A DNA stretch of 64,000 nucleotides from Candidatus Limnocylindrales bacterium (GTDB lineage: Bacteria > Chloroflexota > Limnocylindria > Limnocylindrales > CSP1-4). Location: contig JBBRSJ010000001.1 of assembly GCA_038245515.1 (NCBI GenBank), forward strand, positions 169,376-233,375. Direction: 5' to 3'. The notes beneath the pieces were generated by a model. That model had not been told where the DNA came from and did no database searches. It saw only the letters and a list, made by a program, of their open reading frames with translations. This document shows positions 8,143 to 16,637 of this stretch, piece after piece (positions within the stretch are counted from its first letter, which is position 1; each line of letters starts with the position of its first letter). The position numbers and the translations under genes were made by a program.

Positions 8143-10950
8143 ATGACCTTCCTCATGACGGACATCGAGGGAAGCACGCGATTGTGGGAGAAGCACCGCA
8201 GCGACATGGCGGCGGCTCTCGAGGCACACGACGGGATCCTGCAGGCAGCGGTGACGGCCCACGGCGGCTCAGTGATCAAGACGACGGGCGATGGCCTCCT
8301 AGCCGCGTTTGGGCAGCCGGATGCCGCCATCGCGTGCGCGGCGGCCGCACAACGGTCGCTCACCGAGGCCTCCTGGGCGGCGACCGGGCCCCTCCACGTC
8401 CGGATGGCGGTCCATACCGGCACCGCGCAATCGCGGGAGGGCGACTACTACGGGCCGGCGCTGAATCGGGTGGCACGGCTGCTGGCGATCGGCCACGGCG
8501 ACCAGGTGCTGATCTCCGGGACAGCCGTCACCCTCGCAGTGGACGCTCTGGCCCCCGGGCTCGAGCTGCTGGATCTTGGCCAGCACCGGCTCCGCGACCT
8601 GGATCGATCGGAGCACGTGTTCCAGCTCATCGCCCCCGATCTGCGGCGCGACTTCCCGGCGCTCCGGTCCCTCGTGCCGGACCGGACGAACCTGCCATCA
8701 CAGCTGACCTCATTCGTGGGCCGCGACCGGGAGCTAGCCCAGCTCCGCGACGTCGTGTCCGACCATCGCCTGGTCACGTTGATCGGCACCGGCGGGACCG
8801 GCAAGACGCGGCTGATGCTTCACGTCGGCGCGGACCTGACCGACCAGTACGCCGACGGCGTCTGGCTGGTCGAGCTCGCCGCCATTGCGGGCCCCGCGCT
8901 CGTGGTCACGGCGATCTCCCGGGCGCTGCAGGTCGGCGAGGAGCCAACGCGCGCGCCCATCGACACGCTGACGGATTTCCTGCGGACGAAGGCGCTCCTC
9001 CTGCTGGTCGACAACTGCGAGCATGTCATCGGCCCGGTCGCCGACCTCGTCGACCACGTCCTGGCGACGTGCCCCACCCTCGCGATCATCGCGTCCAGCC
9101 GTGAGGCCCTCGGCGTCGGCGGGGAAGTGGTCTTTCAGGTTCCCTCGCTCGCGCTGCCGGCCACCAGCGCGCGGCCGGATACGCACCTCGAGGACGAGGC
9201 CGGGCGATGGCTCGACGATGCGATGGCCAGCGAGGCTGTCCGGCTGTTCGTCGATCGGGCGACGGCGGCGTCGCCGTCCTTCTCGCTGAACCCTGCATCC
9301 GCTCCCGCGGTCGTCGAGATCTGCGCGCGCCTCGACGGGATCCCCTTGGCGATCGAGCTCGCAGCGGCGCGCGTGACGGTGCTCTCGGTCGAGGAGATCG
9401 CCGAGCGGCTCGGGGACCGATTCCGGCTCCTGACTGGGGGCCGGCGGACCGCGCTGCCCCGCCAACAGACGCTCCAGGCGCTCGTCGATTGGAGCTGGGA
9501 TCTGCTGCCGGAGCTCGATCAGATCCTGCTCGCCCGCCTGTCCGTGTTTGCCGGCTGGACGCTGAATGCCGCAACGGCCGTCACCACCGCCACGGCGAAC
9601 GGATCGCTCGCCCCGAGTGCCGACGCGACAACCGGGACGCTCGACGGGCTGGCGCGCCTCGTCGACCGGTCACTCGTGATCGTCGAGCATGGTGAGGCGA
9701 CCCGATACCGGATGCTCGAGACCATCCGCCAGTACGCGCGGGACCGGCTGATCGCAGCCGGCGATGCGGCCGCGCTGCGGGAGGCTCACCTGGCGTTCTT
9801 TCTCGATTTCGCGCTGCGCGCGGAGAAGGCCCTGACGGGCCCCGAAATGGTCTCATGGCTGGTTCAGCTCGACGCGGAGATCGACAACCTCCGGTCCGCG
9901 ATCGAGTGGGCGTTGGAGGCGCACCCCGACGATGCCCTCCGGCTGGGGATCGCGCTGAACCCGTACTGGCGCGCCCGTTCGTTCGGCGCGGAGGCGACGG
10001 AGCTGCTGCGCCGCGCGGCCGCGGTCGCCCTGGAACTACCGATCGACGATGGTCCGGCGGGGCGCGAACGAATGACCCTGGTCGCCCGGCTGCTCGCCGC
10101 GGCGTGCATGTCGACCGTGGTCGGGGGCGACGCGGCGGCGGGGCAGGCCTGGGCGGACCAGGCTGTCGCCCTCGCTCGGCGGGTCGACGACCCGCAAGCC
10201 CTGAGCGAGGCGCTGGCAGCGCTCACGATGGTCCGAGCCTTCTCTGGCCAGCTGGACCGGATCTTTGAGCTGGGCGACGAGAGCTCCCGGCTTGCGGCGG
10301 CACGACAGGACTGGTTCAACGTGGCGATGAACGAGTCCGGCGCCGCGTTCGGGCATGCCGCGATGGGGGATCCGGCCGCTGCGGAGGCGCGCCTCCACTA
10401 CGCGATTGAGGCGGCGGAGCGGTCGGGCAATCCATTCGCCATCGCATTTACCTCGCTCAGTCGCGGCCGGTTGAGCGGCATGGCTCACGACCTCGACGAT
10501 GCCCGACCTGCGTTCTCGAGGGCGATCGAGGGATATCAGCAACTCGGTGACCGCCGCCTCAAGCTCGCCGCGCGGAGCGATCTCGCTCATGCCCTTCGAC
10601 GCGCAGGTGCGATCGACGAGGCGGCGGCGACCTACCGAGAGACGATCCATGCCTGGCAGCATCTCGGCAGCCGCGGCGCCATCGCGAACCAGGTCGAAGG
10701 CATCGCGTTCATCGCGCTGGCGCGCGGTGACGCGGAGCGCGCGGCGAGACTGCTCGGCGCCGCCGAGCGGATCCGCGAGATGGGCCCCAATCCTCTACTT
10801 CCGAACGAACAGACGGAGGTCGACGAGGCCGCGAGCACCGCCCGGCAACAGTTGCCAACCGCCGCGTTCGAAGCGGCCTGGGACGAGGGCCGGCGACTCA
10901 CGACCGACGATGCTGTCGCCCTCGCCCGATCCACGACCGGCGAGGAGTAG
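8143..10950 (+). CDS. class III adenylate/guanylate cyclase domain fused to STAND-like P-loop ATPase and TPR-like helical repeats (no C-terminal HTH)
   Basis: Cyclase core FLMTDIEGSTRLW...KTTGDGLLAAF; Walker A LIGTGGTGKTRL; a long Ala/Leu-rich TPR-like C-terminus. The ATG at 8143 gives the canonical MTFLMTDIEGST start. Confidence 0.85.
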   Translation: MTFLMTDIEGSTRLWEKHRSDMAAALEAHDGILQAAVTAHGGSVIKTTGDGLLAAFGQPDAAIACAAAAQRSLTEASWAATGPLHVRMAVHTGTAQSREGDYYGPALNRVARLLAIGHGDQVLISGTAVTLAVDALAPGLELLDLGQHRLRDLDRSEHVFQLIAPDLRRDFPALRSLVPDRTNLPSQLTSFVGRDRELAQLRDVVSDHRLVTLIGTGGTGKTRLMLHVGADLTDQYADGVWLVELAAIAGPALVVTAISRALQVGEEPTRAPIDTLTDFLRTKALLLLVDNCEHVIGPVADLVDHVLATCPTLAIIASSREALGVGGEVVFQVPSLALPATSARPDTHLEDEAGRWLDDAMASEAVRLFVDRATAASPSFSLNPASAPAVVEICARLDGIPLAIELAAARVTVLSVEEIAERLGDRFRLLTGGRRTALPRQQTLQALVDWSWDLLPELDQILLARLSVFAGWTLNAATAVTTATANGSLAPSADATTGTLDGLARLVDRSLVIVEHGEATRYRMLETIRQYARDRLIAAGDAAALREAHLAFFLDFALRAEKALTGPEMVSWLVQLDAEIDNLRSAIEWALEAHPDDALRLGIALNPYWRARSFGAEATELLRRAAAVALELPIDDGPAGRERMTLVARLLAAACMSTVVGGDAAAGQAWADQAVALARRVDDPQALSEALAALTMVRAFSGQLDRIFELGDESSRLAAARQDWFNVAMNESGAAFGHAAMGDPAAAEARLHYAIEAAERSGNPFAIAFTSLSRGRLSGMAHDLDDARPAFSRAIEGYQQLGDRRLKLAARSDLAHALRRAGAIDEAAATYRETIHAWQHLGSRGAIANQVEGIAFIALARGDAERAARLLGAAERIREMGPNPLLPNEQTEVDEAASTARQQLPTAAFEAAWDEGRRLTTDDAVALARSTTGEE

Positions 10951-11001
10951 AGAAGCAACTGACGGCTATCACGTGTGCGGCCAGCCTGGTGGAATCGCCG
11001 G

Positions 11002-11382
11002 TCATCGTGAGCAGGAGTCGGGACTGACCCGGCGGTCCTTGTCAGGTCGCCGGCTCGCCACCTGACAACTCGGCTCGTCGCCGTTCCTCGAGCTGGCGAA
11101 TCGTGTCGTCGCTCGCCCATTCGGCCAAGGCAATGGATCGGAAGGCGAGCACCATGTCGGTGAACGTCCGCTGGTTGATGCCTCCCGGCCAGCCCTGCAC
11201 CTCGGCAGCATCCATGGCTCGAAGGCCGGGTCGACGCGGTACGTCGTCTCCCCGGGCCTGCCTGGCACGATTCCGTAGGTGATCCCGAAGGTCCGGGTCA
11301 CCGCGTCTCCGGTCACGAACTCCATGACCGCGTGATCACGATCGACCATCCGGAGCGCCCGCAATTGCATTGGAGATCCCAC
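11002..11382 (-). pseudogene. small ORF apparently interrupted by a +1 frameshift near 11215
   Basis: Frame A reads MQLRALRMVDRDHAVMEFVTGDAVTRTFGITYGIVPGRPGETTYRVDPAFEP and then degenerates to Arg/Ser junk. A second frame continues with a protein-like tail (MDAAEVQGWPGGINQRTFTDMVLAFRSIALAEWASDDTIRQLEERRRAEL*) that ends at 11041. Confidence 0.3.
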
Positions 11383-11684
11383 TCCGCGAGTGTATCGGCC
11401 ACCAATGCGTGCCCGACATTGGCGTGTGTCCCCGTCCCTGATGGCGCTCGCGTTGCACCTCGCGCTCTGAGATTGGAGGACTGCGGCGTTCGTGCGTAGG
11501 TGGCGACATGACCACCTCAGTCGCGATCGTCACCAATGTCACGCAACGAAGGCTCCTGGCGCGTTGGGTCGCCGGATCGAAGAGCTCGCCGCCAGTGCTG
11601 ACCTGCCCGAGATGCCGCTGCCCAACCGGCTCGCTATAGTCAACAGCGAGTCGACCGCCCAAGGTCGATGACGGGGGAGGGGGC

Positions 11685-13610
11685 TTGCACCTCTACCAGG
11701 GCACGAGCGAGCAGTTCATCGCGGACGCCGTGCAGGCGCGCATCGCGAACCAGCTCGCCGATCGCTTCTTCGCCGAGTTCCGCTACCGCCCGGCGCCGTC
11801 CGAGGTCACCTCGTGGCGGAACAGCCTCCTGGCGATGGCCAACGCCCTCCAGCTCGCCGACCTGACAGACCAGGGCGTCCTCGTTGAGCTCAAGCTGCCA
11901 CTCTCCTCGAAGCGACTCGATGTCCTGATCACGGGCTCGAACCCGGCGACGAATTCCGATCAGGCGGTTGTCGTCGAGCTCAAGCAGTGGACCGCGGTCG
12001 GTCGCTCGAACATCACCGACTGCGTGACCGTCGACTACGGAGGCAAGCCGCGCGACTTCCTCCACCCGTCGCGCCAGGCCGCCCAGTACCAGCGCTACCT
12101 GATCGACACGCATCCCGCGTTCACCGACGGCGGCGTCGCGCTCGACGCCTGCGCCTACCTTCACTACGCCCAGCACGACCCGACCTCGCCGCTGTACCAC
12201 GCCGACTTCGCGGCGCTTCTCGGCTCGAACCCGGCCTTCGCCGGCGATCAGGTCGACGCCTTCGCGACCTATCTCGACGCCCGGGTGGCAGGCCCGGACG
12301 ATGGCTCGATCCTCGACAAGGTCGCGACGTCGGCCTTCCGTCCGCACAAGCGCCTGCTCGACCACGTCGCCCGGGTGATCCGCCACGAGCCCGTCTTCAC
12401 CCTCCTCGACGAGCAGCAGATCACCTACAACGCGATCATGGATTCGGTCCGCGGCGCCGGCCAGAACCAGCAGTCGGTCGCGTTCCTCGTCCAGGGCGGC
12501 CCCGGCACCGGCAAGTCGGTCATCGCCGTCAACCTCGTCGCCGAGCTGTCCGAGCTCGGGCTGCGGACGCTCCACCTGACGGGCTCGAAGGCGTTCACGG
12601 AGAACCTGCGCAAGATCGTCGGGACGCGAGCCGGCGCGCTGTTCAAGTACTTCCGCGACACCGCCAACGTCGACGAGCCGCTCGACGTGACGATCCTCGA
12701 CGAGGCCCACCGGATTAGAACGATCAGCACAAGCCGCTTCACGCCGGCCAAGGCGCGGACCGGCAAGGCCCAGATCGACGACATCCTCGATGCCAGTCGG
12801 GTGTCGGTGTTCTTCATTGACGACCTCCAGGTCGTCCGCCCGGGCGAGGTCGGCAGCACCGACATGATCCGCGAGGCGGCCGCGAAGCGATCGCTCGAGG
12901 TCCGCGAGTTCGAGCTCACCGCCCAGTTCCGCTCGAACGGCTCCGACTCGTTCATCCAGTGGGTGACCAACACGCTCGAGATGGAGCGGACGCCGCAGGT
13001 CCTCTGGCCGATGGACGACGACTTCGACTTCCGGATCGTCGGCAACGTCCGCGAGCTCGAGCAGATGATCCGGGGCCGGGCGGCGGCCGGTGCGACCGCG
13101 CGGCTCGTCGCCGGCTTCTGCTGGCCGTGGTCCGAGCCCGACGACGCGGGCGAGCTCGTGCCGGACGTCAGGGTGGGGGAGTGGTCGATGCCCTGGAACG
13201 CCAAGTCCGACGCGAAGCGGCTTGGCCCGGGGATCCCGAAGTCCGACTTCTGGGCGAGCGCCAAGGAGGGGATCGACCAAGTCGGCTGCGTCTACACAGC
13301 GCAGGGCTTCGAGTTCGACTACGTCGGCGTGATCGTCGGCCCGGACCTCGTCTATCGGCCGATGGAGGGCGGTTGGAAGGGCCAGCGAGACCAGTCGCAC
13401 GACCGCGTGGTCCGCAGCGGCGTCACCGAGCAGGAGTTCACCGACTTCGTCAAGAGCACCTACCGCGTCCTGCTGACCCGCGGCCTCCGCGGCTGCTACG
13501 TGTTCTTCATGGATGGGCCGACGAGAGACTTCTTCCTCAGCAGGACCGAGAATCGATCGACGCAGTCGGCACGCGCCGCGGAAGCGCATTCGGGCTACGG
13601 ATCAAAGTGA
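11685..13610 (+). CDS. PD-(D/E)xK nuclease-like N-domain fused to DUF2075 / Schlafen-like SF1 helicase ATPase
   Basis: N-terminus MHLYQGTSEQFIADAV is typical of DUF2075. A putative D...ELK nuclease motif is present (RLDVLITG...VVVELKQW). Walker A GGPGTGKS, Walker B ILDEAHR, and a helicase motif-VI-like YTAQGFEFDYVGVIVG. TTG start preceded by the G-rich RBS GGGGGAGGGGG. The antisense 649-aa ORF is rejected. Confidence 0.85.
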   Translation: MHLYQGTSEQFIADAVQARIANQLADRFFAEFRYRPAPSEVTSWRNSLLAMANALQLADLTDQGVLVELKLPLSSKRLDVLITGSNPATNSDQAVVVELKQWTAVGRSNITDCVTVDYGGKPRDFLHPSRQAAQYQRYLIDTHPAFTDGGVALDACAYLHYAQHDPTSPLYHADFAALLGSNPAFAGDQVDAFATYLDARVAGPDDGSILDKVATSAFRPHKRLLDHVARVIRHEPVFTLLDEQQITYNAIMDSVRGAGQNQQSVAFLVQGGPGTGKSVIAVNLVAELSELGLRTLHLTGSKAFTENLRKIVGTRAGALFKYFRDTANVDEPLDVTILDEAHRIRTISTSRFTPAKARTGKAQIDDILDASRVSVFFIDDLQVVRPGEVGSTDMIREAAAKRSLEVREFELTAQFRSNGSDSFIQWVTNTLEMERTPQVLWPMDDDFDFRIVGNVRELEQMIRGRAAAGATARLVAGFCWPWSEPDDAGELVPDVRVGEWSMPWNAKSDAKRLGPGIPKSDFWASAKEGIDQVGCVYTAQGFEFDYVGVIVGPDLVYRPMEGGWKGQRDQSHDRVVRSGVTEQEFTDFVKSTYRVLLTRGLRGCYVFFMDGPTRDFFLSRTENRSTQSARAAEAHSGYGSK

Positions 13611-13768
13611 GCCACGCCGACGCAACCGCCAGGCGGCTATCCAGGGGAACACTGACGATTCGGCTTCCGAAGGAGCGTCAGTGACCGGAGACGTCACGGC
13701 GCTCGAGCTCGCGCGTCGGCTTCGCGTTGATCCGGTAGGCCTTCGCTGACACATACGACCCATTTGTC

Positions 13769-14431
13769 GTGTTTCGGGAACGCCTGGAGGCAATTGGCAA
13801 CCCCTCGACAGCGGCGGAACAGACTCGCGTGATCCTTGACCTCGATGCCCACCGCGAGGAGATCAAGGATGCGCTCGTCAGTCTAGGGACGTATACGCAC
13901 GCCCTCGTCGCAGAAGGCGGAGGCAAGTATCGACTCGACTCAACTCCCTACAGCAACGTCCTAAGGGATGTAGTTGATGCGAGCCGCGATGCAGTGAGCG
14001 CGGAATCGCGAATCCGAACGCAAATCGGGCCAGACCTCGCCGTCCCGGTACCCGCCGCCAGCGTAATTCGACCCCTCGCCGACGCGATGGTGCGTGCGCG
14101 TTCAGGCGACGCGCGCGGAACGGTCGTGGAAGCCGGCAACGCGATCGAATCCTATTTGGTGTTCGACGCCCCGCGCGTTGGCGTGAACTTTGCTGGAGCC
14201 GCCGGCATCAACGCCAAAATCGATAAGTACACGGGGGCAAACATGCCCAAGAAGATCGCAGCGATCGGCAAGGCCATCGGGAACATTCGCAACGCGGCCG
14301 ACCACGGGATTGATCCTGACGTGAACGCGGCCTGGGACATCGACGAGCAGACTGGCGTGATCTTCCCGTTTCTGTGTGCAAGCTTCATCGCGGCGGTTGA
14401 GAACTACCGCAAAGGAATGTCACGGCTCTAA
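13769..14431 (+). CDS. hypothetical alpha-helical protein with C-terminal HEPN-like Rx4H motif
   Basis: GTG start. The region is clearly lower in GC than its surroundings (roughly 50-60% versus about 72%). The motif ...KAIGNIRNAADHGIDPD... matches the HEPN R-[NHQ]-x3-H signature. Confidence 0.55.
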   Translation: MFRERLEAIGNPSTAAEQTRVILDLDAHREEIKDALVSLGTYTHALVAEGGGKYRLDSTPYSNVLRDVVDASRDAVSAESRIRTQIGPDLAVPVPAASVIRPLADAMVRARSGDARGTVVEAGNAIESYLVFDAPRVGVNFAGAAGINAKIDKYTGANMPKKIAAIGKAIGNIRNAADHGIDPDVNAAWDIDEQTGVIFPFLCASFIAAVENYRKGMSRL

Positions 14432-14513
14432 CCTCGGTCCCAGACATAACTCACCTTATCGGAAGTGATAGCCCCGGCGCCAGAGCGGGGCCTGGGCGTC
14501 GATGTCGGCGATC

Positions 14514-14912
14514 TCAGAGCTCGGCTGGCGTGACCGTCCGGACGATGCCCGCTGCGCCGCGTGCGAGCCGGCCATCGATCGTGAGCAGCGGCACATCGAG
14601 TGCCTCCGCGAGCGCCAGGTATTCGGCGTCGTAGGTCTTGGCCCAGCCGAGGCTTGAGGCGATCGACCAGCTGCGGCGGACGTGATCGCCGGCCGTCTCG
14701 TAGTTGACCGGCATCTCCGGGACGCGATCGAGCGCGCGCTGGACGAGATCGGCGGACGCAGCACGCCGATAGGCGATGCCGCGAAGGGCGCTCAGGATCT
14801 CCGATCGAAGGAGTGGCGGCGCCACGAGCTGGTGAGCCTGCAGCAAGGCGAACCCGGACGCGCTGAGGCAGATCTCGAGGCCGACGCTGGCGTCCAGGAC
14901 GATCTGCACTCG
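14514..14912 (-). CDS. vapC: type II toxin VapC (PIN domain)
   Basis: GTG start giving MQIVLDASVGLEI...; conserved acidic residues; C-terminal LLTIDGRLA. The start abuts the antitoxin stop. Confidence 0.8.
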   Translation of the reverse strand, partial: RVQIVLDASVGLEICLSASGFALLQAHQLVAPPLLRSEILSALRGIAYRRAASADLVQRALDRVPEMPVNYETAGDHVRRSWSIASSLGWAKTYDAEYLALAEALDVPLLTIDGRLARGAAGIVRTVTPAEL

Positions 14913-14913
14913 T

Positions 14914-15162
14914 TCAGCGACCTTCCCGTGCGCGTCGGATCGCTTCGAGCACGTCGGGCATGGGTTCGCCCGTGATCGTCTGGAGCCAGGCGGCGGGCAG
15001 AGCGATCCGGTCCACGGGGGCCTCGAAGGCGACGAGGTCGCGCTCCTCGACCAGATGCTGGGTCCCGACCTTGTGTGCCGCGAGCTTTCCTTCCCGGATC
15101 CAGCGACGAACGGTTTCGGGGTTCCGTCCAACGCGACGCGCAACCTGCGGCACCGTCAGCAT
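14914..15162 (-). CDS. antitoxin, helix-turn-helix (excisionase/MerR-like HTH_17) family
   Basis: MLTVPQVARRVGRNPETVRRWIREGKLAAHKVG...; its stop is 1 nt from the VapC start. Confidence 0.75.
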   Translation of the reverse strand: MLTVPQVARRVGRNPETVRRWIREGKLAAHKVGTQHLVEERDLVAFEAPVDRIALPAAWLQTITGEPMPDVLEAIRRAREGR

Positions 15163-15328
15163 GGCGACCTCCTGTGTTGTTGCATACTACAACATCAGCC
15201 GGCCACGTTCGTTGGTGGACGGCGGTCGGACCGCAACTTCGCGCCGCGCCAAGAACCGGACCGGCCTGAGCGGCGTAGTCGCTGCTGGGAGCGGAACTCA
15301 CCCCAGCCCACCAGGAGGAACGCCCGAC

Positions 15329-15856
15329 ATGGGACGTCAACGACTCGCAGCGGCCGCATTGCCGCTGATCCTGATTCTCGCGGCGTGCTCGAGCGGCACG
15401 GCCGCGACGGCTTCGCCGACGAGCCCGCCGAGCCAGGCCGCCGCCAGCTCATCGGACGCCGGGGCCAGCCCGTCGGCCGTCGCGGCCTCCGCCGGCGCAT
15501 CTGCCGCGGTCTCGAGCTCCACGGTCGACGCGAAGACCGTCGGCGCGAACGGGACGGTTCTCGTGGCCGGATCGAACGGCATGACCGTCTACAACTTCAC
15601 GAAGGACACCAAGGACAGCGGCACGAGCGCGTGCACCGGCGGCTGCATCACGAAGTGGCCAGCCCTCACCGTCGCCGCCGGGGCGACCCCGGTCGCGGGC
15701 GCCGGCGTCACCGGCAAGATCGGGACGATCACCCGGACCGATGACGGGACCCTCCAGGTGACGTACAACGGCCTGCCGCTCTACTTCTTCTCGGGCGACA
15801 GCGCCCCGGGCGACTCGAACGGCGTCTACACCGGCTGGGTGGCTGTCAAGCCCTGA
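15329..15856 (+). CDS. secreted lipoprotein with tandem COG4315-type repeats
   Basis: AGGAGGA RBS at 15313-15319. Signal peptide plus lipobox (LILILAACSS). Two repeats: VYNFTKDTKDSGTSACTGGCITKWP and LPLYFFSGDSAPGDSNGV. Confidence 0.8.
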   Translation: MGRQRLAAAALPLILILAACSSGTAATASPTSPPSQAAASSSDAGASPSAVAASAGASAAVSSSTVDAKTVGANGTVLVAGSNGMTVYNFTKDTKDSGTSACTGGCITKWPALTVAAGATPVAGAGVTGKIGTITRTDDGTLQVTYNGLPLYFFSGDSAPGDSNGVYTGWVAVKP

Positions 15857-15893
15857 CCGAAGCGGGCCACCGCCCGAACTCTCGCGAACCCCG

Positions 15894-16628
15894 TCAGCGG
15901 CGGCCGATCCCGGCCGCCGCTGACGATTCCCGGACCGCCCCGATCGCCTGATCGATGCCGCCCGTCCACGCCTGGCCGTGGCCCGGCAGGACCCAGCGGG
16001 CATCGACGCCGGCGAGCCGGTCAAGCGAACCGAGCGCCTGGGCCGGATCCGCGGTGAACGGCGCCAGCTGCGGCCCGACCGCCCCGGTGGTGACGACCAC
16101 GGTGGCGAACGCATCGCCGACGAACAGCGCCTCGACTGCCGCCACGTGGAGCGCGGCCGATCCGGGCGTGTGGCCCGGGACCAGGATGACCCGCGGCGAG
16201 CCCGGGACGTCGAGCGTCGCGTCGTCCCCGAACGTGGCGACCTCGGTCAACCGATCGATGTGCCAGCCGCCCTTGCGCATCGCGAGCAGGATGAACCGCA
16301 GGAGCGGCAGCGGACGGACCGGGCCGGTCCCGCTGGCCGGGTTCTTGACCTTGCCCTGGGCGAGGAGCGCATCCGCCTCGTGGACCGAGACCGGGAAGCC
16401 CCGCTGGCGCGCCTTCTCCGCGAAGCCGATGTGGTCAGAGTGGCCGTGGGTCAGGACGACCGCCCGGACGTCTGCGAGCGTGTGGCCCATCGCGGCGAGC
16501 TCGACTGGGAGGTCCGACCAGTAGCCGGGGAGGCCGGCGTCGATGATCGTGACCCCTCCCCCGTCCGCGACGAGATAGGAGTTGATCATTCCGGACCCGA
16601 GCCGGTGGATGCCGTCGGCGATCTTCAT
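15894..16628 (-). CDS. MBL-fold metallo-hydrolase
   Basis: VLTHGHSDHIG motif and downstream ligands (VPGHTPGS, GD). Confidence 0.85.
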   Translation of the reverse strand: MKIADGIHRLGSGMINSYLVADGGGVTIIDAGLPGYWSDLPVELAAMGHTLADVRAVVLTHGHSDHIGFAEKARQRGFPVSVHEADALLAQGKVKNPASGTGPVRPLPLLRFILLAMRKGGWHIDRLTEVATFGDDATLDVPGSPRVILVPGHTPGSAALHVAAVEALFVGDAFATVVVTTGAVGPQLAPFTADPAQALGSLDRLAGVDARWVLPGHGQAWTGGIDQAIGAVRESSAAAGIGRR

Positions 16629-16637
16629 CGGTTGAGC

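Noticed and set aside
11640-13589. 649-aa minus-strand ORF antisense to the DUF2075 gene
   Set aside because: Arg/Asp/Gly-rich with no motifs. The + strand frame has Walker A/B, a helicase motif and a canonical DUF2075 N-terminus.
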